From a virus, in the IMG/VR virus record IMGVR_UViG_3300034524_000090, positions 55,805 through 119,804 of that record: a stretch of 64,000 bases of DNA; one strand, given 5' to 3'. Below, piece by piece: positions 35,837 through 45,182 of this stretch (position 1 is the first letter of the stretch; every line of letters starts with the position of its first letter). The notes beneath the pieces are model-generated. The model saw nothing but the letters and a program-made list of their open reading frames with translations, did not search any database and had not been told where the DNA came from. A program made the position numbers and the translations under genes.

Positions 35837-36098
35837 GTAAATATTTAAATAATATTTTCCCAGGCTCTTCTCTTAATCTCTCTAAATAAGAAATAAACTC
35901 TCTAAAAGGTAATAATTCGTCTTTGTCTAATTCATTTCCATATTTATCTAAGACTTGATAAGGTAGATTTAATTTATATAAAGCACACATAACTCTCTTA
36001 ATATCTTCTTCTCCTACTGCAATAGTTTTATATTGATCATACTTAAGCCGTCCTTCTGTAAAATGTAAAGTAGAAGGAAAAACGACAGTGTAAATCAT
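35826..36098 (-). CDS. Hypothetical protein
   Basis: AGGAGG RBS. Confidence 0.65.
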   Translation of the reverse strand: MIYTVVFPSTLHFTEGRLKYDQYKTIAVGEEDIKRVMCALYKLNLPYQVLDKYGNELDKDELLPFREFISYLERLREEPGKILFKYLHEE

Positions 36099-36631
36099 AT
36101 TAATTACCTCCTTTTTAATTATATTATACCTATGTCTTTAAGCACAATTTTCGCCGCTGTCTTTTCTTCACACTAATTACAAGAACAATATTGAGAAGAA
36201 GCCAGATCCTTTAAAAACCTAATAATATCTTCATCAGAAGCCCCAATAAGATTTCTTGCTGTTTCACGGATAGAATTATTATGTCCTTTTTGAGCTAATT
36301 CCTTAATAAATTGACGATGCATTTAACCAACCTCCTTTTTTTCACACATATCACAAATTCCTTCAGGTTCCCAATCAAGATAATCATACTCAATTATTTG
36401 GGCTAATTTTTCTAAACACTCATCACATACCCATTGGTAATGAGGATATAAGGCCATACTCATAATTTTATTCATGTTTCATACCTCCTTTACCTTTTTG
36501 TCAAGAAAGACACAAAGAAATAATTTACACTAAGAAGCAATAATGCGGCAAATATAGCAAATATAATTTCCATTATTCACCTTTTCCTTTTTTTAAGTTG
36601 TTTTACTTAATTATCTATAATTATTACCTTC

Positions 36632-36967
36632 TTATAATCCACTTTTAATTTCACAGTTCTTATCCTTTTCCGCTTCCTCTAATATTTTCTCTAGTTCTTT
36701 TTCAGTAATTATAATTGGCCCCGCTAAACATTCATCATTTTCCTCATCATATTCAGGACAATTAATACAGTCCTGGAAACGTCCATATATAGGACAATAA
36801 TCAAAATCAGCAGAAGTAGCATAGGTTACTTCCCAACCTTGATTAGTTCTTAAATATGTCTCATAAAAAATATAATCACCACCATTTCTTTCCTGCCCTA
36901 ATTTTTCAGGGTAACGAATAATTGTAATATATTTTTCAGTAGAATTAATCATTGTAAATACCTCCAT
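36632..36967 (-). CDS. Hypothetical Cys-containing protein
   Basis: YCP..DC.NCP..C; GGAGG RBS. Confidence 0.65.
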   Translation of the reverse strand: MEVFTMINSTEKYITIIRYPEKLGQERNGGDYIFYETYLRTNQGWEVTYATSADFDYCPIYGRFQDCINCPEYDEENDECLAGPIIITEKELEKILEEAEKDKNCEIKSGL

Positions 36968-37006
36968 TAATTTTAATTATGAATATCTATATGATCTACT
37001 AGTTAT

Positions 37007-37243
37007 TTAATCTTCTTCTCCATAAGCACTCGGAATTTTACAACCACCTTCACAATATAAATCCTCATCCTCCCAATTAATTTCATATTCCAATTTTAAC
37101 AGATTTTCTTCGTCATTAGCACAAATAGAACAAAGAATTTCGCCCTCTGGAGTAATATAATAGACAGGATACCCTCCAGGCCAAACATGAGAGGGCAATT
37201 TACCACCATATTCTTCTAAAAATCTTTTTGTTACTTTTGCCAT
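37007..37243 (-). CDS. Small phage protein (WPGGYP motif, CxxC)
   Basis: WPGGYPVYY..LCSICAN..INWED..YC..SAYG. Confidence 0.7.
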   Translation of the reverse strand: MAKVTKRFLEEYGGKLPSHVWPGGYPVYYITPEGEILCSICANDEENLLKLEYEINWEDEDLYCEGGCKIPSAYGEED

Positions 37244-37294
37244 TGTAACTTCCTCCTTTATTAATTTTTATAAACTAAATCTGATAGATATTCT

Positions 37295-37543
37295 TTAACC
37301 TAAATATTCTTCAGGAGTGTAAAATCCTTTTGAAGCCTGGATATATTGTTCTCTCGTAATTTTACTACATTCTTTTAGATAGTCTCTATCTAATGCCCCA
37401 TGTTGCCCAATTGGACAATAAGCAGTAATATATTTTCCTGTATAATCCCAAGGTTCATCTATAGCTACAAAGACTGAATCAGGGCTAAGGGGTTTATCCT
37501 TATCCGCATCTTTATCTGAGTAATAACCGATAATATTATTCAT
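37295..37543 (-). CDS. Hypothetical phage protein (IGQH motif)
   Basis: ITAYCPIGQHG; flanked by R1 motifs. Confidence 0.7.
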   Translation of the reverse strand: MNNIIGYYSDKDADKDKPLSPDSVFVAIDEPWDYTGKYITAYCPIGQHGALDRDYLKECSKITREQYIQASKGFYTPEEYLG

Positions 37544-37625
37544 AATATCTCCTCCCTTTGGTTATTTAAAACCCAATCCGATAGATATTATAGCAGAAAG
37601 TGAAGAGATATATCACTTCCGTTTT

Positions 37626-38027
37626 CTAGAACCATGACGCAAATACAGGCCCAGGCTGGCCTTTTCTTACTTCTTCTACTAATTTCCTAGCATAGTTATA
37701 ATCAGCCATATAACCTCTATGGTTTTTTCTTCTTAAAATAGCATCTTTTATTACATCTTTATTAATTTTAAGCAAAGTATCCTGTAATTCCCCTTTTCTA
37801 AAACCCGCCATATGCATATACCATTCGCAGAAAAATGGCGTATTTGTTTTATAAGCTATTATTGCATTAACTGCTGATTTAGGGGTAAAATAACCAAGAG
37901 ATTCACAAATTAAATGGCTAACAATTCTCGGCCAACGATTTAAAATAAACTCCTGCATTTTTTCCTGTCTTAAAAACTCCCAACCCTCTTTTCCATATTG
38001 TTCAAATATATTTTGTAAGTTGATCAT
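37626..38027 (-). CDS. Hypothetical protein
   Basis: GAGGAGG RBS preceded by R1. Confidence 0.7.
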   Translation of the reverse strand: MINLQNIFEQYGKEGWEFLRQEKMQEFILNRWPRIVSHLICESLGYFTPKSAVNAIIAYKTNTPFFCEWYMHMAGFRKGELQDTLLKINKDVIKDAILRRKNHRGYMADYNYARKLVEEVRKGQPGPVFASWF

Positions 38028-38241
38028 ATAAATCCTCCTCTTTTAGTTATTTAAAACCCAAACTGATAAATATTATACTATAGAAAAGGAAGGGGTATTA
38101 GCTCTTCCTTTTTCTCGACAAAACTGTTTCTTTAAGAGTGCCCGTTTATTGGGCCTGATAAAATGATAAGATTTACGTGTCCAAAAATTTTGGGGCAAAG
38201 ACATTTTCTTTTTCATGTGTACACTCCTCCTGTCTAAAACA

Positions 38242-38685
38242 CTAAAGAGTTTCTTTTGCAATTTCTAAAATCACATCATCAATATAAATAGCCTGCCCTG
38301 TACAAGTCCTTCCCCACCAAATACCATATTCATTTTTTAATATCGGTTCGCCTTTTTCCTCTAATTTTTCGGCTAACCAATTCGATACCACCCACCATTC
38401 ATATATTTCTTGGGGTTCATCTCGCAGTGTATCTATCGTTAAAGATAATTCGTCAATTTGTTCTTCTATTTCTGCGGCCTTATTATCATCATCTTCTTTG
38501 TCAAGTAAATCATATAATTTCTCTTTTGCTTTTTCTAATTCCTCAATTTGTCTTTCGTCATATAAATTGATAATATCATCGTAACTAAATATATTCTTAT
38601 TTAACAAATCGTCTACTAATGTAGTTTGGCAAACATATACGTGATTTTCATCAATTTTTTTAGCTTTTTCCATAATATCCCTCAT
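38242..38685 (-). CDS. Acidic phage protein
   Basis: EIYEWWVVS.WLAEKL..GE....WWGRTCTGQAI. Confidence 0.7.
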   Translation of the reverse strand: MRDIMEKAKKIDENHVYVCQTTLVDDLLNKNIFSYDDIINLYDERQIEELEKAKEKLYDLLDKEDDDNKAAEIEEQIDELSLTIDTLRDEPQEIYEWWVVSNWLAEKLEEKGEPILKNEYGIWWGRTCTGQAIYIDDVILEIAKETL

Positions 38686-38867
38686 TTTCTATTCCTCCTT
38701 AATTTAAATTCGTTTCTTTTAAATATAGGCAAACTATCTGTCCCACCTGCTATTGCGATATAATAATATTCTCCATCATAATCCTTAATAATTCCCCATT
38801 CCCCATAATAAATTGATTTCTTATCTGTAATATAAACCTTTTCCCCAATTAATTTACTTGTTTTCAT
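38682..38867 (-). CDS. Small SH3/KOW-like protein
   Basis: IGEKVYI....YYGEWGII..YD..YYYI. Confidence 0.55.
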   Translation of the reverse strand: MKTSKLIGEKVYITDKKSIYYGEWGIIKDYDGEYYYIAIAGGTDSLPIFKRNEFKLRRNRK

Positions 38868-38901
38868 ATATAATACCTTTAATTCTTTTCTTCCTGGCTT
38901 A

Positions 38902-39123
38902 TTAACTCCCTTTTCCTAATATTTTACCAGCATTTCGACCAAAATAAAGTTCTAATTTAGCTTTATTCAGATACCTAATAATAAAATCGTTACCAGATTT
39001 TTTTAAGTTCAATACTTCTACCCAATAACTATCTTCTCTCATTTGACGCAAAAACGCCTGTAAGTGAGGAAACATATTATTAATATTATTACAGATTGTA
39101 GTAGCTTCTTTTTCGGTTAGCAT
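38902..39123 (-). CDS. Hypothetical protein, paralog of C-terminal half of 39961-40428
   Basis: MLTEKEA..ICN.IN..FPHL.A. Confidence 0.65.
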   Translation of the reverse strand: MLTEKEATTICNNINNMFPHLQAFLRQMREDSYWVEVLNLKKSGNDFIIRYLNKAKLELYFGRNAGKILGKGS

Positions 39124-39571
39124 TTTTTATCTCTTCCTCATTTGTAATATATTTAATACACTCACTAACAATTTTATAACTTTTTATTCCACCTATCACC
39201 CAAAACTCAATTAGATTATGTTGAGCATCAGTTAAAACAAATCCATGTATTATATATTTATTTTTTCTGTGATGATAAAAACAATACAAGATAGCCTCTT
39301 TATCTTGAACATAATTTTTAATTTTTGCTTTTATTTTTTGTGGCAGTCGAAAATATTCCACAAAAGGTCTTAAATCATATTCAGTCAAATACCCATAAGG
39401 AACTTGTTGTCCAACAGGATTTTTTAATAAATTCATAGGTCTTATATAACTACTATATTGAGTATTACTGATAACATTACCAATCGAAATCACATTTGTT
39501 TGACGGTCAAAGGTTTTATGACCAGTATTTATGAACATTTTATTAGGATTTATCCATTCTTTTGTTTTCAT
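39089..39571 (-). CDS. Hypothetical protein
   Basis: GGGAGG RBS preceded by R1. Confidence 0.7.
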   Translation of the reverse strand: MKTKEWINPNKMFINTGHKTFDRQTNVISIGNVISNTQYSSYIRPMNLLKNPVGQQVPYGYLTEYDLRPFVEYFRLPQKIKAKIKNYVQDKEAILYCFYHHRKNKYIIHGFVLTDAQHNLIEFWVIGGIKSYKIVSECIKYITNEEEIKNANRKRSYYNL

Positions 39572-39617
39572 TAATCTATTAAACCTCCCTTATTTTAATT
39601 AAACCCAAACCGATAGA

Positions 39618-39932
39618 TTAAATAGGCCCATCAACCTCGCTATTTAAATATAAAGTACATATATCACATTGACCCCCGCATTTCTTAATTTTATATTCAT
39701 ATTTTGGTGGCTTGATAATTTCTGTAATTGGTCGATTTAAAAATTTGGCCTCAGTAGAAAAATCAAACAAACAATCCATTAGCTCATTCAATCTTGTCTC
39801 CATATAGTCATCAACAAATTTTTGATTCTCTTCTTTTAGTATTTCAATATATTTTTCAGCCTTTTCCCTGCCTTTGAAACATCTAATAAACCCCATGCAA
39901 TTATTTTTAAAATAACTGCATACTGCAAACAT
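39618..39932 (-). CDS. Hypothetical protein
   Basis: AGGAGG RBS; stop abuts R1. Confidence 0.65.
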   Translation of the reverse strand: MFAVCSYFKNNCMGFIRCFKGREKAEKYIEILKEENQKFVDDYMETRLNELMDCLFDFSTEAKFLNRPITEIIKPPKYEYKIKKCGGQCDICTLYLNSEVDGPI

Positions 39933-39960
39933 ATTTATTACCTCCTTTGAAAATTATATA

Positions 39961-40428
39961 TTATAGACATCCTATTATCATTTTTTCAGCATGTTTGCCA
40001 AAATGATCGAATAAATCTTCGATCTTCCTGATACGGAAATCACAGTTTTCATCTTTATTAAGATTAATAACATCTACTTCATACCTATATCCCATTTCTC
40101 TTATTGTGGCTTCCAAATGCGGGAAAAGTTTATTTATTTGGTTGCAAATATACCGTGCTTGTTTTTCTGTTAACATATCAAACTCCTCCTTGTACCAATC
40201 AGGATATTCTTTTTTCGTCTTGAATTGAACATAATATTTCTTTTTATTATAATAAGGTTTATTAGCACTTATATTGACGTATTTCTGATCGCCTCTTTTT
40301 CTAGCATTTCTTGCCACTATCTTAGCCTCTTCTAAACTATCACAGATAAATACTAATTTATTTATTTTACCTTCAGCTAATCCCCAACCTGACATAAATT
40401 TATCAGTCATAGTAACATAATAAGGCAT
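39961..40428 (-). CDS. Hypothetical fusion protein with internal RBS and ATG at 40176
   Basis: YVTMTDKFMSGWG N-domain; internal AGGAGGAG before MLTEKQ. Confidence 0.7.
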   Translation of the reverse strand: MPYYVTMTDKFMSGWGLAEGKINKLVFICDSLEEAKIVARNARKRGDQKYVNISANKPYYNKKKYYVQFKTKKEYPDWYKEEFDMLTEKQARYICNQINKLFPHLEATIREMGYRYEVDVINLNKDENCDFRIRKIEDLFDHFGKHAEKMIIGCL

Positions 40429-40497
40429 AAAAATACCTCCTTTGATTTTTTATAAAAACCCAAACCGATAGAATAAAGAGGCAAACAAAGGGCCATT

Positions 40498-40950
40498 TTA
40501 CACGGCCCTTAATTCTTCTATTTCTTTTCTAATTAATTCTACCGCTTCAGGGGCCGCAGTTTTTGTTTCAGCGGCCCATTTAATTAACTCGTCTAGACTG
40601 ATTCTCTTTATATCCTGTTCCATACTGCCCTCTGATGGAGCAACATAGAACTTAATAAAATCTTCTCCTCTATTGTCGTACCATGAATTATTTACATACA
40701 CTGCTTCCTGCTTGGTGACCGAAAAAATTCGACCACCAAGAGAAACGTATTTAGTTTCATTATGGTAACGGTAGCCCTCTATTCCACCCGAATTGGGGCC
40801 ACCATACCAATCAGTATCGTCCACAAACGGATCAAATACTACAGGATGATCCAATACTTCTACATCTCTCAATACAGTCCTTGCCTCTAATAGATTAGAG
40901 GCAAAACCTGCTTTAACCAACAAGGTGGCGATCTCTAATCCTTTTAACAT
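40498..40950 (-). CDS. Hypothetical protein
   Basis: AGGAGG RBS; TTTACA-N16-TATAAT promoter upstream. Confidence 0.7.
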   Translation of the reverse strand: MLKGLEIATLLVKAGFASNLLEARTVLRDVEVLDHPVVFDPFVDDTDWYGGPNSGGIEGYRYHNETKYVSLGGRIFSVTKQEAVYVNNSWYDNRGEDFIKFYVAPSEGSMEQDIKRISLDELIKWAAETKTAAPEAVELIRKEIEELRAV

Positions 40951-41029
40951 TTAAATCATCCTCCTTTAATTTTTATTATAATATCCTATATTCAGTTGTA
41001 AATAATCGCCAGGAAAAAATCCTGGCGAA

Positions 41030-41416
41030 TTAATTTATTTTATTTGTTAAGGCTTCATAATACATTTCACCCAAATAATCCTTTAAATCCTGATGTTTCC
41101 CAAACCTTCCCTTGACGTCCAAATTAATACCATTTGCCATCAAGGAAGGTCTAATAACTACCTGAAAATCAATCCAGCCATCATAGAAACCATTTTCGTC
41201 CATTCTATGATAGCTGGAATTAATAACCAATCTATCTTCTCGGCTACTTTCAAAATCAAAACGGTTGCCGCTATCGATGCCGCTACCATGCGGCAAATAT
41301 TTTTCAACAATCTCCTCAATTTTTGCTTTGTGTTTTTCCTGCCATTCTACATTATTTCTTTTAATACAATTCAGATACGCAATAAAATGTCCAGCTAAAG
41401 CTTGATAAACACGCAT
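41030..41416 (-). CDS. Hypothetical phage protein (LPHGSGID motif)
   Basis: LPHGSGIDSG..YHRMDENGFYDGW. Confidence 0.7.
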   Translation of the reverse strand: MRVYQALAGHFIAYLNCIKRNNVEWQEKHKAKIEEIVEKYLPHGSGIDSGNRFDFESSREDRLVINSSYHRMDENGFYDGWIDFQVVIRPSLMANGINLDVKGRFGKHQDLKDYLGEMYYEALTNKIN

Positions 41417-41600
41417 ATTAAATTCCTCCTTCTAAAATTTTTATTTGGCCCAAACCGATAGAATCGGCGGGCCGCCCTAAAAAATTAATACTTAATTTTT
41501 TTCCTACAGGCCGTTTTATTTAATTCGGCCTTTTTATTCTGTTTAATGCGGGTACGGGGATTAATTCCCCATACCCGCCGATCTTTGAGTAAGATAATTT

Positions 41601-41888
41601 TCATGGGATCACCTCTATATATTCTGAATCTTGGACAGCCTGTAAGACCGCCCTATATATATTTTGTTCCTCTTCATATATGAAGAGGAAACTGTTCATA
41701 ATATCTGTTATTTCTTCTGTTTCTAGGCCGAAAATTTTCAGCCCGAAACAGAAAAACGTAGCGAACAATTTATTATTTACATCTATTTTTTCCATCCCCG
41801 CCGCAAAACGGCGAAGATGGTCAAAGGAGATACGGACTGGTTTTTCTTCAAGCACGATACCGTTTTCATGATCAATTATTTGAAGCAT
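41601..41888 (-). CDS. Hypothetical protein
   Basis: AGGAGG RBS. Confidence 0.65.
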   Translation of the reverse strand: MLQIIDHENGIVLEEKPVRISFDHLRRFAAGMEKIDVNNKLFATFFCFGLKIFGLETEEITDIMNSFLFIYEEEQNIYRAVLQAVQDSEYIEVIP

Positions 41889-41921
41889 ACCATATTCCTC
41901 CTTTAATTAATGTATTATATA

Positions 41922-42251
41922 TTATAACGTAATTATATACCATACAATTTTATCTCTATATTGTTCTAACTCTGCAAAGTCTAAGACCTTGCCTTCAGGT
42001 AGTCTGCAATTCAGACTGCCTACTACAACTATATCGCCCTTTTTTAACTGCAAGAATTGCCTGTTAGGTTGAACAGGTAATTCTAATAACTGCCCAAATA
42101 ATTGGGCAGTTCCTTCGTGCCCAATTACCGATACAAACCCTTCTTTGAGAAGGGTTTGTACTTCTTCTAATGTAACTTTTTTTACGTTGATATTAATTTC
42201 ATCAAATAGAGACAGCATAGTGATAGAAAAGGCATTAACTAAATAAAGCAT
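41922..42251 (-). CDS. acrIII-1: AcrIII-1 / DUF1874 viral ring nuclease (anti-type III CRISPR)
   Basis: YLVNAFSITML, VSVIGHEGTA (catalytic His), NR, RLPEGKVL: hallmark motifs of SIRV1 gp29/YddF family; 109 aa. Confidence 0.88.
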   Translation of the reverse strand: MLYLVNAFSITMLSLFDEININVKKVTLEEVQTLLKEGFVSVIGHEGTAQLFGQLLELPVQPNRQFLQLKKGDIVVVGSLNCRLPEGKVLDFAELEQYRDKIVWYIITL

Positions 42252-42362
42252 AATTTTCTCCTCCCCAAATTTTGTTCTCGCCCAATCCGATATATATTAT
42301 ATCAGATTAGGCTTCCAACCAATAAAAAAACCCAGGCAGAAAATATCTGCCTGGGTATAATT

Positions 42363-42581
42363 TTATTCGTAAATTTCAAACTCATCCCTATTTTCCTCTA
42401 TCCAGGGAACTAACTCCCTGGAAAAAGGAAAATCAGAAATTAAAAGTACATTTTCAAGTTCTTTTTCTGTAATGGGACCATAGGTCCCAATGATTTCCCA
42501 ACGGGGTATAGATCCAACAGCTTTCATTTCGACGGCGTACAATTCGCCGTTTTTCCTTTGCCAAATCTGATACTTAATCAT
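42363..42581 (-). CDS. Hypothetical protein
   Basis: GAGGAGG RBS; terminator hairpin at ~42329-42357. Confidence 0.65.
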   Translation of the reverse strand: MIKYQIWQRKNGELYAVEMKAVGSIPRWEIIGTYGPITEKELENVLLISDFPFSRELVPWIEENRDEFEIYE

Positions 42582-42843
42582 TCTTTTCCCTCCTCTTCTT
42601 TATATTCACTACAGACGGGAACTTTGCTCCCGTCTTTCAAAATAATATAGCAGTCACAACCACAACCATATTTACACATATTTTATTCCTCCTCCTCCTT
42701 ATAGCAATTTTCTATTGAAATGTCGTATCCACAGAAGGGGCATAAGGCCCCTTCTGCTAACTCTAAGACAATATCTAATTTAATACCGCAACAATGTTTT
42801 AGTAGCATATTATATACCTCCTTTATTATGTATTAGGGACTGG

Positions 42844-43206
42844 CTATTTCGCCAGTCCTTTAAGCAAATTAAAGAACATCTTGGTCTGGTAAACGCCTTT
42901 TACCAGACCATAATAACCATTCTGGTACCTTTTCAGTACCAGAATTTTTTCTGTATCCGAAACTAGAGCATAATGTATTCCATTATGCTCTGTAGCCGAC
43001 AGTATTTTAATACTATCAACATCAAGGAATGTTGCAAACCGTTCCTTAATCACAGGCAAATCCTCTTCAAATAATTGAAGAGGATTCTTCTTGATATTAA
43101 TTGATTTAATTACTTCTTTCAATTCATCGACGGTATATTCTACACCGTCGATAATAATAACGTTATTCACGTTCTCACTAACAATATTCTTCTTTTTCCT
43201 TGCCAT
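42844..43206 (-). CDS. Hypothetical protein with basic N-terminus
   Basis: AGGAGG RBS. Confidence 0.7.
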   Translation of the reverse strand: MARKKKNIVSENVNNVIIIDGVEYTVDELKEVIKSINIKKNPLQLFEEDLPVIKERFATFLDVDSIKILSATEHNGIHYALVSDTEKILVLKRYQNGYYGLVKGVYQTKMFFNLLKGLAK

Positions 43207-43354
43207 TATTATTCCTCCTTAATTAGTTTTTTTAGCAAGTAGCTTACCGCTACCTGCTGTCACCCAAAATGGGCACGAAGACCCTTCCGTTTAGGCGTCC
43301 CAACGCTTCGCGGGTTTTGGGAATTTTTGCCAGCCTATTAGAACCAATATTATT

Positions 43355-43450
43355 CCATATAGAGCCAAATATGAACCATATAGAACTATATAGAACCATA
43401 TAGACTATTTGGGCCAAATAGATAGATATAAGCCAATATAGTCCAAATAA
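43355..43450. repeat. Degenerate ~10-bp tandem repeats (CCATATAGAA-like)
   Basis: atgaaccata tagaactata tagaaccata tagactattt... Confidence 0.7.
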
Positions 43451-43512
43451 AAAAATACGGCCCAATAAGGCCGCATAGAAAAAAAACAAAAAAATAAAGG
43501 GGAATAATCCCC

Positions 43513-44085
43513 TTAGTCGAATGTATATTCAACTCCACGTCTATCTACATTGAAGTAGATAGACGCCACTAATCTCACATTACTTATTATATTGGATATT
43601 TCGCTCACAGACTTTTTAAGCCTATGAGCGATCTCGTATCTATTATATCCAAGCAGTAAATATTTTATTACTGCTCGGTATTCGGCCCCAAATAACTCCA
43701 TAAACCCTTTTATTTCTTCGACAGTATCATCTTCAATAGCGTCAAAGAGATTATCAACCTTAATTTTATCAATATATGCTCCTACGAACTCGCCGTCATT
43801 ATTGGCGAGTTCTTGTTCTAAATATATTTCTATCCGTTCCATTTCCGTCAATCTTTGACGGACAATAGAACGTATTTTATTCTTTATTGTCCTCCATTCT
43901 TTCCCTGGTGTTAACTTTACCAGGGAAACCGCCAATTCTTGATATATATCGGCCTTTTCCCAATCGAAAAGGCCGTAATAATTCAATACCTCAGTTATCA
44001 TCCTGTAAATTAAACCTTTTTGAGCCTCCATAAAGGCCCAAAGGGTCTCATATTGTTTTCTTTGAGTTTTTGTTAACATTTTCAT
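43513..44085 (-). CDS. Sigma-70-like (region 2 + region 4 HTH) phage transcription factor
   Basis: EKADIYQEL region-2-like segment; LLLGYNRYEIAHRLKKSVSEISNII HTH. Confidence 0.6.
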   Translation of the reverse strand: MKMLTKTQRKQYETLWAFMEAQKGLIYRMITEVLNYYGLFDWEKADIYQELAVSLVKLTPGKEWRTIKNKIRSIVRQRLTEMERIEIYLEQELANNDGEFVGAYIDKIKVDNLFDAIEDDTVEEIKGFMELFGAEYRAVIKYLLLGYNRYEIAHRLKKSVSEISNIISNVRLVASIYFNVDRRGVEYTFD

Positions 44086-44104
44086 ACTGTATTCCTCCCT
44101 TATT

Positions 44105-44353
44105 ATATTCTATATTCAATTGTATTTCCCTCAGCCGTTTTTCGGCTTCATAGGGAATTTATATTATTATAATTCATCAATTACTCTTTGAACTTTATTG
44201 TAAAACTCATCTAACAGAATTACTCCTTTGTTATAATCCTTTAGTATTCGTTTTATTCTTTCAATGGCTTGTTTACATTTTTGTCCTTCTTCAATTGCTT
44301 TAATTAATTCTTCCATATCTCATTCCTCCTTAGTATATTCCATATTCAATTGT
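44105..44353 (-). repeat. Motif R3: ACAAYTGAATATRGRATAT just upstream of RBSs (44105, 44335, also 40981)
   Basis: 19-bp near-identical copies read directly. Confidence 0.7.
44167..44316 (-). CDS. 49-aa helical protein (not in ORF track)
   Basis: AAGGAGG RBS; MEELIKAIEEGQKCKQAIERIKRILKDYNKG... Confidence 0.65.
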   Translation of the reverse strand: MEELIKAIEEGQKCKQAIERIKRILKDYNKGVILLDEFYNKVQRVIDEL

Positions 44354-44479
44354 TTGGTAACGCAGTATTCCCGATGGCGTACTGCGTCCAAGGACAATAA
44401 TATTAATATATTTTTATTGCCCTTGGATTTTTTCGATATTAACTTGTCAAAGAGCAACGCAGGAAAATCCTGCAAGTAT

Positions 44480-44508
44480 ATTTTAGCACGTGTCAAGGTT
44501 GTTGTCAA
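44480..44508 (-). promoter_or_regulatory. Strong sigmaA promoter within a cluster of four TTGACA hexamers
   Basis: TTGACA-17 nt-(TG)cTAAAAT; further TTGACA at ~44445, 44491, 44527. Confidence 0.75.
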
Positions 44509-45182
44509 GTAGGTTAGCAAGATGCCTGTCAAACCTTGAGTCCCAACGGTTTCTGGTTTTGACGGAATTTTCTGTCTTTCCAGCTTTTGCCAGACATTAT
44601 ATACAGACGTATATATAGACTGATTAAGATTAAGACGATAAAAGGCAAACCGATAGAATATAAGGCGTTATATATAGAAAAGACGCCGTAAAAAATAGCC
44701 TATATATTTTTTATATAAGCCAAAAATTCGCCGCAGGAAAAATTCGCCGCAATAAAAAACAACCACATATAAAAACTAATACAAATAAAAATCTAAACCG
44801 ATAGAATACCCAGGTATATATATAAAACCCATATAAAATCTTTTTCTCTTCCAATTTATTCTATATTCAGCCAATCTGATAGAATAATAGGGATTTTATT
44901 AATCCTTTTTACCAGGCATTTTTCCCCTATATAAAAAAATATAGGAATTAATATTAAGCCTAATTATAATATTCAGACTATATATATAACCTTAATTGTA
45001 AGAATTATATTATATTACAGTAAAAAGAGTGCCCAAAAATAACATATTTTTCCAGTAAAAATTCTTCCGAAAGATTTCCTTTTTCTTCCAGTAAAAATCT
45101 ATGCCAAAGACTTTTTCCAGTTTTTTCCATGTAAAAAGACAAAAAAAGAAGGAAGGGAAAAACCCTTCCTAGAAGTCCTTTT

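Larger units (their letters stand above)
37275..44883. repeat. Motif R1: CCCAAWCYGATAGA, 10 co-oriented intergenic copies here plus one at 20819 and one inverted copy at 42298-42311
   Basis: Copies at 37275, 37572, 38057, 39604, 40459, 41449, 42281, 44644, 44792, 44870; 40459-40478 identical over 20 bp to 20819-20838. Confidence 0.85.

Noticed and set aside
43250-43489. 79-aa hydrophobic ORF
   Set aside because: Translation of low-complexity tandem repeats; TTG start without RBS
44320-44532. 70-aa ORF
   Set aside because: Overlaps the TTGACA promoter cluster; the gene with a real RBS is 44167-44316
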